A DNA stretch of 64,000 bases from an uncultured Verrucomicrobiae bacterium (GTDB taxonomy: Bacteria > Verrucomicrobiota > Verrucomicrobiia > Opitutales > Opitutaceae): assembly GCA_963705935.1 (NCBI GenBank), contig OY970130.1, positions 520,676 through 584,675 on the forward strand, given 5' to 3'. The position numbers and the translations under genes were made by a program. This document shows, one piece after another, positions 10,271 to 20,111 of this stretch. Position 1 is the first letter of the stretch. Each line of letters begins with the position of its first letter. Under the pieces are notes generated by a model. The model was not told where the DNA came from, made no database searches, and saw nothing but the letters and a program-made list of their open reading frames with translations.

Positions 10271-10978
10271 ATGAAAGACGATCCCTACGGTTTGTCCGCG
10301 CGAAAGGGCGCCGCGCCTGCGGGCGTGACCCGACGCGGATTTCTGAAAAGTCTCGGCACGTCCGCGGTGGCTGCCGCCGCGCTCGGCGCCACGAATGTCG
10401 CGAAGGGCCTGGCTGAAGCCAACGCCGAGCGCGTGCACGGTCCGGGCGCAGTGCCGGTCGTGCTCACCGTCAATGGCAGGAAGACCACGCTGCAACTCGA
10501 GCCGCGCGTCACGCTGCTGGAGGCGCTCCGCACGCATGCCAGCCTGACCGGCGCGAAGGAGTCGTGCGATCGCGCCACCTGCGGCGCCTGCACGGTGCTC
10601 CTGAACGGGATGCCCGTGTACGCGTGCTCGATCCTCGCGATCCAGGCGCAGGGCGCCGAGATCACGACGATCGAAGGGCTCGCCGCCGAGGCGTCGGACG
10701 CCGCCCGTTCCGGCAAGCTCACCACGCTGCAGCAGGCGTTCGTCGACCACGACGGCCTGCAGTGCGGCTTCTGTTCGCCCGGCATGGTGATGACGCTCAC
10801 CGCGCTGCTGCGGAAGAATCCGCGCCCCACCGCGGCGGAAATCCGCCGCGCGACTTCCGGCAATCTCTGCCGCTGCGGAGCCCATCCCCGCATCGTCGCC
10901 GCCACGCTGGCCGCCAGCGGGCAACCGGCGGTGTCCCACCTCACCCTTTCGTCCCCGCACGCTCATGCCCTGGCCTAA
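10271..10978 (+). CDS. Xanthine dehydrogenase/aldehyde oxidoreductase family 2Fe-2S subunit with Tat signal (PaoA/YagT-like)
   Basis: TRRGFLK Tat motif; CDRATCGAC, QCGFC, NLCRC. Confidence 0.92.
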   Translation: MKDDPYGLSARKGAAPAGVTRRGFLKSLGTSAVAAAALGATNVAKGLAEANAERVHGPGAVPVVLTVNGRKTTLQLEPRVTLLEALRTHASLTGAKESCDRATCGACTVLLNGMPVYACSILAIQAQGAEITTIEGLAAEASDAARSGKLTTLQQAFVDHDGLQCGFCSPGMVMTLTALLRKNPRPTAAEIRRATSGNLCRCGAHPRIVAATLAASGQPAVSHLTLSSPHAHALA

Positions 10979-13139
10979 GAAAACCCGGTATCTCGGCAAG
11001 TCGACGCCGCGGCTCGAGGCACCCGCGAAACTGACCGGCCGCGCAAAGTTCACCAGCGACGTCGCCCCTGGTGGGGTGCTCTACGGCGCGATCGTCCGTT
11101 CGAAGCTGCCGGCGGCGCACGTGCGCCGCATCGATCTCTCGCAAGCGCTCGCCGCCCCCGGCATCCGGGCCGGCGTGCTCGCGCAGGAGGGGGAATTCGA
11201 CGTCCGCTACTACGGCCAGGAGTTGGCGGCCATCGCCGGCACGAGCAAGCAGGCCGTGCTCGACGCCCTCGACCTCGTCCGGGTTGACGCCGAGCCGCGG
11301 CCGTTCGTCGTCAAGGAAGCCGACGCGGCGAAGTCCGACGCGCCGCGGGTCGAGCCGGACCGGCCAAACCTCGGCGAGGGCAAGGTGAAGACCGTCGGCG
11401 ACGTCGACGCGGCGTTTGCCTCCTCGGCCGCGGTCGTCGAGGCGACGATCAGCACGCCGATCCAGCTTCATCAGTGCATGGAGCCGCACGCCCACGCGGT
11501 CCAGTTCGAGGGCGGGGAGTTGACCGCGTGGTCGTCCACCCAGGCGGTGTTCGGCTGCCGCGAGGCCTTCGCCGGCTGGCTGAAGATTCCGCAAAGCAAG
11601 GTCCGCGTGATCTGCAATCACATGGGCGGCGGCTTCGGCTCGAAGTTTTCCCCCGGCGCGGAGGGCATCCTGTGCGCGCGGCTGGCCCAGGCCGCGGGGG
11701 TCCCGGTCAAGCTGGTGCTCACGCGCTTCGAGGAGGCGCTGGCGGTCGGCAACCGGCCATCGTCGATTCAGAAGCTCAAGCTCGGCGGCGACGCCAGCGG
11801 CAGGCTGACCGGATTCGAGCTCTACGCGTTCGGCACACCCGGATACAGCTCCGGCGTCGACAACGCCGGCGGCAGCGGCCAGGCGTCGTTCCCGGCTCCC
11901 TACATCTACCAGCCCGCGGCGATGCGCGTGAAGCAGGGCAGCGTCGCGGTGAACGCGGGCCAGTCCTGCGCGATGCGCGCCCCCGGCCACCCGGTGGCGT
12001 CCGTCGGCATGGAGGGCATCCTCGACGAGCTCGCCGTGAAGCTCGGGATCGATCCGGTGGAGATCCGGATCAAGAACGACCCGTCGCCGATCCGCCGGCG
12101 CGAATACGAGCTGGGCGTCGAACGCTTCGGCTGGCGCGAGAAATACCACCGTCCGGGCGCCACGCCCGGTCCGGTCAAGGTGGGCGTCGGCTGCGGCGGC
12201 GCCGCGTGGATGAGCGGCGGCAAGGGCACGCAGGCCGAAATCCAGGTCAACCCCGACGGGACCGTCGAGGTCCGCGTCGGTACCCAGGATCTGGGCACGG
12301 GCTCGCGCACCGTCATTCAGGTGGTCGCGGCGGAGATGCTCGGCATCGACCGCGACCTGATCACGGTCGACGTCGGCGACACGCGGTTCCCGTTCAGCGG
12401 GGCGAGCGGCGGCAGCCAGACGACGGCCTCGGTTTCGCCCGCGGTTTACGACACGTGCGAGAAGGTGCTCGCGGAGCTGAAGAAGCTCAGCGGGATCGAC
12501 GATCCGCGCGGCGCCAACTGGCGGGAGGCGTGCGCGAAGATCGGAGCGACGCCGCTGCAGATTCGCGGCGCGTGGCGCGAGGGCCTTTCCGCCGGCGGCG
12601 CCTGCGGCGTGCAGTTCGCGGAGGTCGAGGTCGACACCGAGACCGGGTTCGTGAAGGTCCGGAAGATCCTGGTCGTCCAGGACGTCGGCGCCGTCGTCAA
12701 CAAGCTCACCTGCGAAAGCCAGATCAACGGCGGCGTGATCATGGGCATCGGCTACGGGCTTTACGAACAGCGCGTCATGGATGCGCAGACCGGGTTCGTG
12801 CTCAACGCGAACCTCGAGACCTACAAGATCCCGGGGATGGCCGACATCCCGGAGATCGACATCGTCCTGATCGACGAGCCCGAGCGCGGCGTCATCGGCG
12901 TCGGCGAGCCGTGCACGGTGCCGACGGCGGCGGCGATCGCCAACGCGGTGGCGAACGCCATCGGCGTGCGGGTCCTGGACCTGCCGATCACGCCGGACAA
13001 GGTGCTGGCGGCACTGGGCAAGGTGGCGGCTCCGGTGGTGGCGGAGTCGGGCACGGCCGGTGATGCCGCGGCCTTCGCCGAACTCGCCGCCGCGCCCAGC
13101 GCGCCATGGAGTGAAATTCAAACGGGGTGTCACGCATGA
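10965..13139 (+). CDS. Xanthine dehydrogenase family molybdopterin-binding subunit (PaoC/YagR-like)
   Basis: KLTGRAKF, MEPH, MGGGFGSK, AMRAPG, SGGSQTT, GVGEP. Confidence 0.92.
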   Translation: MPWPKKTRYLGKSTPRLEAPAKLTGRAKFTSDVAPGGVLYGAIVRSKLPAAHVRRIDLSQALAAPGIRAGVLAQEGEFDVRYYGQELAAIAGTSKQAVLDALDLVRVDAEPRPFVVKEADAAKSDAPRVEPDRPNLGEGKVKTVGDVDAAFASSAAVVEATISTPIQLHQCMEPHAHAVQFEGGELTAWSSTQAVFGCREAFAGWLKIPQSKVRVICNHMGGGFGSKFSPGAEGILCARLAQAAGVPVKLVLTRFEEALAVGNRPSSIQKLKLGGDASGRLTGFELYAFGTPGYSSGVDNAGGSGQASFPAPYIYQPAAMRVKQGSVAVNAGQSCAMRAPGHPVASVGMEGILDELAVKLGIDPVEIRIKNDPSPIRRREYELGVERFGWREKYHRPGATPGPVKVGVGCGGAAWMSGGKGTQAEIQVNPDGTVEVRVGTQDLGTGSRTVIQVVAAEMLGIDRDLITVDVGDTRFPFSGASGGSQTTASVSPAVYDTCEKVLAELKKLSGIDDPRGANWREACAKIGATPLQIRGAWREGLSAGGACGVQFAEVEVDTETGFVKVRKILVVQDVGAVVNKLTCESQINGGVIMGIGYGLYEQRVMDAQTGFVLNANLETYKIPGMADIPEIDIVLIDEPERGVIGVGEPCTVPTAAAIANAVANAIGVRVLDLPITPDKVLAALGKVAAPVVAESGTAGDAAAFAELAAAPSAPWSEIQTGCHA

Positions 13140-14101
13140 AAGCCTTCAGCTACGTCAGTGCGCAAAGCGCCGGCTCCGCGGTCGAACTCGTCCGCGGCCA
13201 CGGCCGGTTCCTCGCGGGCGGCATGGACCTGCTCGGCGAAATGAAGGAAGGGCTGGTCGAGCCCGCCCTTCTCGTCGACATCAAGGCCGTGCCCGGCACG
13301 CGCGCGATCGCCGCCGGACCCGACCGCTGGTCGATCGGCGCCAATGTCACGCTCGCGGAGCTGGCCGACCACGCCGAGATGCGCCGGGTGCTGCCGGCGG
13401 TCGCCCAGGCGGCCGACGACGTCGGCTCGCCGCAGATGCGCAACCTGGCGACGATCGGTGGCAACCTGGCCCAGCACTCGCGCTGCTGGTACTACCGGCA
13501 TCGCGACGTGCATTGCTACAAGAAGGGCGGCGGCAAGTGCTTCGCCCGCAGCGGCGAGAACAAGTACCACAGCCTGTTCGTGAAGAGCCAGTGCCTGAGC
13601 CCGTGCGTCTCGAATCTCGCGGTCGCGCTGTCCGCGCTCGACGCGACGGTAATCGTGCAGCGCGGCGGAGCCACGACGTCGCTGACGATCGCGCAGCTGT
13701 ACGATCGCGCCTGGAAGAACGGGCGCGTGCACAACTCGCTCGAGCCCGATGACCTGATCGTCCGCGTCGAGATCCCGACGCCGGCCGGGGGACGGAGCGC
13801 ATATCTGCAGCTGGCGGAGAAAAGCGAGTTCGACTGGGCACTCGTGAGCTGCGCCGCGGCCGGACGGCTCGAAGGCGGCCGGCTCCGCGGGGCGCGCGTC
13901 GCGCTGGGCTGCGTCGCGGCGGTGCCGTGGCAGGTCGCCGAGGCGAACGCTTTCCTCGAGGGCCGCGAGCTGAACGACGCGACGGCGACGCAGGCCGCCG
14001 AGCTTCTCCTGCAGGAGGCAACGGCCCGCGAGCACAACGCCTACAAGGTTCCACTGGCGAAGACGATCATCCGCCGCACCCTCGCCAAGCTCACGGCGTA
14101 G
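13136..14101 (+). CDS. Xanthine dehydrogenase family FAD-binding subunit (PaoB/YagS-like)
   Basis: LAGGMDL, SPQMRNLATIGGN, RCWYYR..CYKKGG..C cysteine insert, HNAYK. Confidence 0.92.
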   Translation: MKAFSYVSAQSAGSAVELVRGHGRFLAGGMDLLGEMKEGLVEPALLVDIKAVPGTRAIAAGPDRWSIGANVTLAELADHAEMRRVLPAVAQAADDVGSPQMRNLATIGGNLAQHSRCWYYRHRDVHCYKKGGGKCFARSGENKYHSLFVKSQCLSPCVSNLAVALSALDATVIVQRGGATTSLTIAQLYDRAWKNGRVHNSLEPDDLIVRVEIPTPAGGRSAYLQLAEKSEFDWALVSCAAAGRLEGGRLRGARVALGCVAAVPWQVAEANAFLEGRELNDATATQAAELLLQEATAREHNAYKVPLAKTIIRRTLAKLTA

Positions 14102-14240
14102 GCCGCGAGCCTGCCCGCGCGATCCGCTCCACGGATACGGAATGTGCGCCGCGAGCTCGCTCGCGCGGTTCGGGGTGCGAATACATGCGTAGGCCGCGAG
14201 CTCGCTCGCGCGGTTCCGCGCCAGCGAGCTGGCGGCCTGC
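14098..14240. repeat. REP cluster, same family as the helicase array
   Basis: gtaggccgcgagcctgcccgcgc at 14098; gtaggccgcgagctcgctcgcgc at 14189; degenerate copy between them; inverted copy 14218-14240. Confidence 0.85.
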
Positions 14241-14306
14241 GACAACCCCGGCGACACGGGCGCCGGCCCTGCCATGCCGCGTCGCGCCATGGCGAGAGGT
14301 GGCGCG

Positions 14307-16661
14307 CTACGCCTTGGCTTTCGCCGGAGGGGTGTCGGGCCGCTGCGCCATCGTCGGGTACGCCACGCGGGCGTGCAGCATGTTGAGCAGCGTGAACTGA
14401 AAGCTGTTCTTGATCCGGGTGATCTCGACCAGCGTCAGCGGCGCCTCGTCGAGCTGCCCGTCGTCCACCCGATCCTTCACGATCCGGTCGATCAGCTCGT
14501 TGAGCTGCTCCGGCGTCGCCTGGCGCAGCGAGCGCGACGCCGCCTCCACGCCATCGGCCAGGGAAATGATCGCGCTTTCCTTCGACTGCGGCCTGGGTCC
14601 GTCGTAGCGGTATTCGTTCTCGGGCACGGGGGGCCCTTTCCCGTCGCCGAACGGCGCGCTCGATTGCGAGCAGGCACGGTGATAGAAGTAGCGCACGAGC
14701 GTCGTGCCGTGATGCTGCAGCACCACGTCGATCACCGCCCGCGGCAGATGATGCTTCTGTGCGAGTTCCACGCCGTCGGGCACGTGCTGCTTGATGATGC
14801 GCGCCGAGGTCGCCGGATCCTGGTGGGCGTGCGGATCGACCACGCCCTCCCGCTGATTCTCGCCGAAGAACGAGGCATGCGGAATCTTGCCCACGTCGTG
14901 GAAAAGCGAGCACACCCGGGCGACGAGCGGATTGGCGCCGATCGCGTTGGCGGCGTTTTCGGAGAGCTGGGCGACCACCAGCGAGTGATGGTAGGTGCCG
15001 GGCGCCTCCAGCTGCATGCGCCGGAGCAGGGGATGATTGTAATCGGTGAGCTCGAGCAGCGTGATGTCCGTCGTCCGCTTGAACAGCGATTCGAGCACCG
15101 GCAGCAGGCCCACGACGGCCACGCCGGTCATCACGCCGACACCCAGTCCCGCGGCCATCTGGCGGACGAAGATCTCCACGGGGATCCGGTCCGCGACCCC
15201 GATCAGCGCGGCGAAGGCCGCGACCGTGAGGCCACCGGCGGCGGCGGAGCGAACGACCCGGCCCCGCTGACGCGCATCCCGGCAGAAGAAGATCGCGACG
15301 AGCGAGGCGAGGAACGTCAGCACGAGCAGGTCGAGGCGGTTGCCATAGATCACGCCGGTGAAGATCGAGACCAGCAGGGCCATGAAGATCGCGGAGCCGG
15401 CGTCGATCAGGATCGCCACGATCAGCGGCGCAAACGCGGTCGGCGCGACGTAGGGCAGCGTCGAGGCCCAGGAGCCGTCGCGCACGAAGAAATCCGCCCC
15501 GCCGAGCGAGTAGATGCCGCGGATCATCGCGAGGTTGATGATCACGACCAGCGCCAGCAGTCCCAGCCGGACGTTGCTCAGCAGCGTCTCGGGATCCTCG
15601 AGCCGGATGTAGATGATCGACGCGAGCACCATGGCGAAGACGAGCAGCACGCGGCCGAACAGCGTCAGGTTCTCGTCCAGCTTGGTGTCGGTGTGGTCCT
15701 GCAGATACTTCCGGTGCGCCATCAGCATCTCGTACTGGTCGGGGGTGACGCGGTCGCCCGGCGCGATGATCGTCTGGCCGCGAACGACGCCCACCGTGAC
15801 CGGCCGCACCTGGCGCCCGGCGATGGCCTCGCGCTGCTGCGTGGCCGCCCGGTCGAACACGACATTCGGCACCAGCCCGTTGCGGAAGATCCGGAACAAC
15901 GCCAGCGCCGCCTGGCGCGGCACGCCTTCGGCCGCCAGATTCACCCGGAGAAACGTCAGTGCGTCCTCCATCGACTGGACCGGCCGCTCGGCGACGTCCC
16001 CGTCGGAGCGGAGGATCTGGAACACGGTCATGCTGTCGGGCGCGCCGTTGGACAGCGAGCCGTCCTGGACCCCTTGCGCATAGAGGTCGCGCAGGGCGGC
16101 GAAGCCGTTGTCGAACAGGGTCTGGCGCGCGGCCGCGTCGCCGACGTTGAGCACGGCGGCGACGTCGTCGACGCTCACCCGGTATGGTCCCCGGGAGTTG
16201 AACGCCTCGGTGATCGCGGAGAGCGCGGCGCGCCGATCGGCGACGAGCGGGGCGCTGGCCGGATGCGTCCGTTCAAAACCGGCCAGCTGAACCAGCAGTT
16301 CCCTCGCGGCGCCCTCGAATCGTCGCAACGGCTCGATTTCGAGCCGGTAGACAGGCGGAACGCGATCGAGCAGTTGCTCGCGGGCGATGCGCGTGCGTTC
16401 GGCGCTTTCGTAGGTGAACGATGCGCTGGCGACCACCCGCGCCGTGGCGATCTGGTTCGGCAGGACGGGAATTGTGAGGGTCGACACTCCGGCCGAGCTG
16501 ATCAGCAGGATCGTCCCGACCGTGGCCAGGAAGATGACGACCGAAACGATGCGGCTGCGATCGAGAAACTCCCGAATCGACGACCGGCCATCGATCGGCC
16601 GGTGCGTCCCGCGCGAACTGAGATCGCCGAGCAGCAGCTTGAACTGGTCGCGAACGGACAT
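14307..16661 (-). CDS. 7TM-HD (HDIG) membrane phosphohydrolase, PgpH-like
   Basis: APGTYHHS, HDVGK, HHGT..YFY, GPRPQSKESAII.LADGVEAA; multiple TM helices. Confidence 0.9.
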   Translation of the reverse strand: MSVRDQFKLLLGDLSSRGTHRPIDGRSSIREFLDRSRIVSVVIFLATVGTILLISSAGVSTLTIPVLPNQIATARVVASASFTYESAERTRIAREQLLDRVPPVYRLEIEPLRRFEGAARELLVQLAGFERTHPASAPLVADRRAALSAITEAFNSRGPYRVSVDDVAAVLNVGDAAARQTLFDNGFAALRDLYAQGVQDGSLSNGAPDSMTVFQILRSDGDVAERPVQSMEDALTFLRVNLAAEGVPRQAALALFRIFRNGLVPNVVFDRAATQQREAIAGRQVRPVTVGVVRGQTIIAPGDRVTPDQYEMLMAHRKYLQDHTDTKLDENLTLFGRVLLVFAMVLASIIYIRLEDPETLLSNVRLGLLALVVIINLAMIRGIYSLGGADFFVRDGSWASTLPYVAPTAFAPLIVAILIDAGSAIFMALLVSIFTGVIYGNRLDLLVLTFLASLVAIFFCRDARQRGRVVRSAAAGGLTVAAFAALIGVADRIPVEIFVRQMAAGLGVGVMTGVAVVGLLPVLESLFKRTTDITLLELTDYNHPLLRRMQLEAPGTYHHSLVVAQLSENAANAIGANPLVARVCSLFHDVGKIPHASFFGENQREGVVDPHAHQDPATSARIIKQHVPDGVELAQKHHLPRAVIDVVLQHHGTTLVRYFYHRACSQSSAPFGDGKGPPVPENEYRYDGPRPQSKESAIISLADGVEAASRSLRQATPEQLNELIDRIVKDRVDDGQLDEAPLTLVEITRIKNSFQFTLLNMLHARVAYPTMAQRPDTPPAKAKA

Positions 16662-16709
16662 GGGTTTGGGTTCAGGCCCGGCGCGCCGCCGGGGCCGTGC
16701 GCGCGGTCT

Positions 16710-17696
16710 TCACGTCTTTTCCTCCGGTTCCTGGCCGTCGTTCATCGGATTCCGGTAGTTGTCGTAGGCCTCGATGATCCGCTGGACCAGAGGATGGCGC
16801 ACGACGTCGGCGCCGCTGAAGGTGTGAAAATCGATGCCCGGAACGTCGCGCAGAATGTGCCTGACTTCGAGCAGCCCCGATTGTTTCGAGCGCGGCAGGT
16901 CGATCTGCGTCACGTCGCCGGTCACGACCATGCGCGATTCCTCGCCCAGCCGGGTGAGAAACATCATCATCTGCTCCGGCGTGGTGTTCTGCGCCTCGTC
17001 GAGGACGATGAAGGAGTGGGACAGCGTGCGGCCGCGCATGTAGGCCAGCGGCGCGATTTCGATGATGCCCTTTTCCGACAGGCGGCCGACGTCCTCGGGG
17101 TCGAGCATGTCGTGGAGCGCGTCGTAGAGCGGACGGAGATAGGGCAGGATCTTCTCCCGCAGATCGCCCGGCAGGAAACCGAGCGCCTCGCCGGCCTCGA
17201 CCGCGGGGCGCGTGAGGATGATCCGCTGCACCTCGTTCTTGAGCAGGGCGGAGACCGCGGCCGCCATGGCGAGGTAGGTCTTGCCGGTGCCCGCCGGCCC
17301 GATGCCGATCACGATCGGGTGCTTGAGCATCGACTGCAGGTACAGCTTCTGGCCGAGGGTCTTCGGCACGATGCTCTTGCGATTCGTCGCGATCACGAGC
17401 GGCTCGGCGAACAATGCGCGCAACTGCTCGCCCTCGCCCCGCGCGAAGGCGTCCGTGATCCGGTGGAAGTCCGGCGTCCGAATCGCCATCCCCTGGCCGC
17501 GGGCGTCGTTGAGAAAGTTGAACAGCGCCTCGGCGCGGCCGAGCGGCTCCGCCGGAGCTTCGATCTTCAGCGCGGCGTCCCGCGTCACGAGCTTCACCCC
17601 GAACGCGCGCTCCGCGTAGCCGAGATTGTCGTCCCGCCCGGCATAGAGCGCATGCAGGTGGCGCGGGGAGGGGAAATGAATCGTCTTCGAAGGCAT
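16710..17696 (-). CDS. phoH: PhoH-family ATPase
   Basis: GPAGTGKTYLA, RPAVEAGE, LAYMRGRTL, DEAQN, GDVTQIDLP; start at MPSKTI. Confidence 0.93.
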   Translation of the reverse strand: MPSKTIHFPSPRHLHALYAGRDDNLGYAERAFGVKLVTRDAALKIEAPAEPLGRAEALFNFLNDARGQGMAIRTPDFHRITDAFARGEGEQLRALFAEPLVIATNRKSIVPKTLGQKLYLQSMLKHPIVIGIGPAGTGKTYLAMAAAVSALLKNEVQRIILTRPAVEAGEALGFLPGDLREKILPYLRPLYDALHDMLDPEDVGRLSEKGIIEIAPLAYMRGRTLSHSFIVLDEAQNTTPEQMMMFLTRLGEESRMVVTGDVTQIDLPRSKQSGLLEVRHILRDVPGIDFHTFSGADVVRHPLVQRIIEAYDNYRNPMNDGQEPEEKT

Positions 17697-17724
17697 GCGG
17701 GCGGAAATGCCGGTCGACGCGGAC

Positions 17725-18277
17725 TCACGCCTTCGCCTTCCGGGATTTCCGAACGTTGCCCGCCCGTTTCGATCCCGCCCCGCCGGCGGAGAGGGTGGGC
17801 ACGATTTCCCGCAGCCGTTCCCAGGTGGAAACCAGCGATTGCGGCAGGGTGCGGGTGTGCCCGATGACGGGCATGAAGTTGGTGTCGCCATTCCAGCGCG
17901 GCACGATGTGGGCGTGGAGATGCGCGATGCTTCCGCCGGCCGCCGTGCCGAGATTGAATCCAATGTTGAAGCCATCGGGCTCCAGGGCGGCGCGGAGCAG
18001 GCGCTTCGCAAAGATGATTTCCGACATGAGAGCATCCGATTCCCGGCGTTCCAGCTCCTCGAGATCGGTCACTTCGCGGAAGGGAACGGCGAGCAGGTGG
18101 CCTGGATTGTACGGGAACCGGTTGAGCACAAGATATGCCTCTTTCGCCCGGTGCACAATCAGCGCCTCACGGTCGTCCCCCAAGGCGGGCAGCTCGGTGA
18201 ACGGGCGCCTCATCGCGCGCGGGATACCGTGGCGCCTCGATGTATTCCATGCGCCAGTAAGCGTGGAGCTGCTGCAT
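17725..18277 (-). pseudogene. HIT-family nucleotide hydrolase with an apparent frameshift near the 5' end
   Basis: HLHAHIVPRW triad and FPYNPGH in 17725-18213; the N-terminus MQQLHAYWRMEYI starts at 18277, 64 nt upstream and out of frame across the (CG)n run at 18214-18220. Confidence 0.7.
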
Positions 18278-18586
18278 TTTGGTCAGACGGCCAGCAAAAG
18301 CTTTCGGGCCGGCAAAGTCAAAGCCGCCGCTTTGCCGGCGGAACGCAAATGGCTCGGCGCGTCACGCTACGTTGCGGTCTGCCAGTGGATTGCATCTGAC
18401 CTGTCCTCGCCGGCGTTGCGCGGCCGCCTGCGGGCCGCCGAGCGCTCCGTCACCGGCCGCATCCCGCTCGGAGTCCGGTGGGCTCCCGTGAGTGTACCTG
18501 GCGCCGGCGAGCCGGGCGGCGGGTGACGAACGCGGTTCCCGGCACCTTTGATTTTGTCCTTCGCAACAGCGACGATGCCCCCTTAG

Positions 18587-20106
18587 CCGTATCCATGCAG
18601 TAGGAAACCGGTTTTGAGGTGATTTTGGCTGGGCGCGCTACCCGAGCACTGGGCGAGTGCCGACTGCATTGCAGTTGGCGTTCGGCGAAAGCAATTTCTC
18701 CCAAAGGCCTCGCCACCAAGCGCGTTCGTGCGTCGGGACGGCAAGTTTGATCGTGGTTTGACCCTGGGGGCGGCTGATGATCCCAGCGGTCACGAACAGC
18801 CAGTAGCGCAGGCTGCCCAGCGTGACGGCTTCGAGCCAGCCGAGCTTGCGCTCGAACAATACGACGAGGTTGTGGGCGAGCACCCCGAAGCTCAGCGCCG
18901 CCTCCGTCGCCCAAAAATCTTTGCACACTAAATCCGGCAGGCCGTAGCCCGCATCCAACTCCTTGATGACGTTCTCGCAGGCGGCCCGGCCGTTGTAGTC
19001 GCGCCAGACGGCCAGCGGCGGCACGCTGCGCGGCAGATTCGTCACCAGCACTTGATACAGGTAACCGGGACAGTCGATGAGCAGTTTGCCGCCCGCGCGA
19101 CTGTGTTTGTCTTTTATCCGGTGGCGAATCGCGATGAACCGCGCGGTGGCGGGCACCTCCGCGTCGTGAGATTCGAGTTCGGCCACTTCCGTGCCGTCGA
19201 GGTCGGTGGCGAGCCAGCGGGTCTCACGCCGCAGGAGGCTTTGCACGGGGTGCGTCAGCCGCGCCACGACGATGAACTTCACCCGTAATTGCTCCCACAG
19301 CCGCAAGAGTTCGGCCACGTAGAAGCCGGAGTCGGCGCGCACCACGCGCAGCCGCAGGTGCGCGGGCAGGTTGTCCCATAGATCGAGGAAGAACCCGACG
19401 ACGTTGTTCGCGCAACTGCAGTTGCCGGGGCGTAACCAAAACCCAGCGACCAGTCTCACTTCGCTGAAGATCGCGAGCAACGGGTGCAGGCAGGGCTTGG
19501 GGCCGACCCGAGTGTAGCCGACCGCGACGCCCTCCTGGTGTCCGTCCTCGTGGAGCAGGCGGGTCGAGTCCAAATCCAAGGCGTAGCCCTCGGGTTTACC
19601 GGGCAGTTTTTGCATCGCCCACGCGAAGAGCGGCCGGAAGCACGCGAGATTCTTCCCCGCGCTCGTGAAACCCTGGAAGAAACGCGTGAACGTCGACTGG
19701 CTGGGCACCCGCTTGATCCCGAGCAGGGCCGGCTGCATCGGATCGCGCCGCAGATAGGCCAGGTGGGTGAGTTTCTTCGCCCCGCAGAGCAGGCCTTGGA
19801 CGAAACCGAGCACCTTGGTCAGAGGGCTCAGCGCGTTGTGGGAGGTCGGCTCAGGGTGCGGCAGACACCGGGCGACCAGTTCGCGCCAGCCGCTCTCCTG
19901 CACGAACGACCAGAACGTCGCAGTGCCCGCGTGCGGGCTGAGCTGTTGGTCGGTGAACTCGATTTGGATGGACTGGCCGGCGCTTTGGAACTGGATCTTT
20001 CCGGCCACCGTTTGGTGAACCGGGCTTCCGCCCTTCGATTGATTCGGTTTCATTCACCATCAGTCAGTTCCCAATCGGTGGCTCCTTTTCAACTGCATCG
20101 TTACGG
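18587..20106 (-). mobile_element. IS1380-family insertion sequence, copy 1 (1520 bp)
   Basis: Imperfect terminal inverted repeats ccgtatccatgcagt / actgcatcgttacgg; CTTAG flanks at 18582-18586 and 20107-20111. Confidence 0.9.
18638..20053 (-). CDS. IS1380-family DDE transposase
   Basis: LDLDST, LRPGN, RADSGF, YNGRAACENVIKEL. Confidence 0.92.
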   Translation of the reverse strand: MKPNQSKGGSPVHQTVAGKIQFQSAGQSIQIEFTDQQLSPHAGTATFWSFVQESGWRELVARCLPHPEPTSHNALSPLTKVLGFVQGLLCGAKKLTHLAYLRRDPMQPALLGIKRVPSQSTFTRFFQGFTSAGKNLACFRPLFAWAMQKLPGKPEGYALDLDSTRLLHEDGHQEGVAVGYTRVGPKPCLHPLLAIFSEVRLVAGFWLRPGNCSCANNVVGFFLDLWDNLPAHLRLRVVRADSGFYVAELLRLWEQLRVKFIVVARLTHPVQSLLRRETRWLATDLDGTEVAELESHDAEVPATARFIAIRHRIKDKHSRAGGKLLIDCPGYLYQVLVTNLPRSVPPLAVWRDYNGRAACENVIKELDAGYGLPDLVCKDFWATEAALSFGVLAHNLVVLFERKLGWLEAVTLGSLRYWLFVTAGIISRPQGQTTIKLAVPTHERAWWRGLWEKLLSPNANCNAVGTRPVLG

Positions 20107-20111
20107 CTTAG

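Noticed and set aside
14274-17867. 1197-aa plus-strand ORF and similar long ORFs (148-1731, 10941-13133, 25063-29112, 38866-42114)
   Set aside because: Shadow ORFs of high-GC genes: they overlap well-supported genes, have Arg/Gly-rich composition and show no motifs.
18278-18581. ncRNA or riboswitch between HIT and the IS
   Set aside because: GC-rich but no recognisable family motif; best explained as a divergent promoter region.
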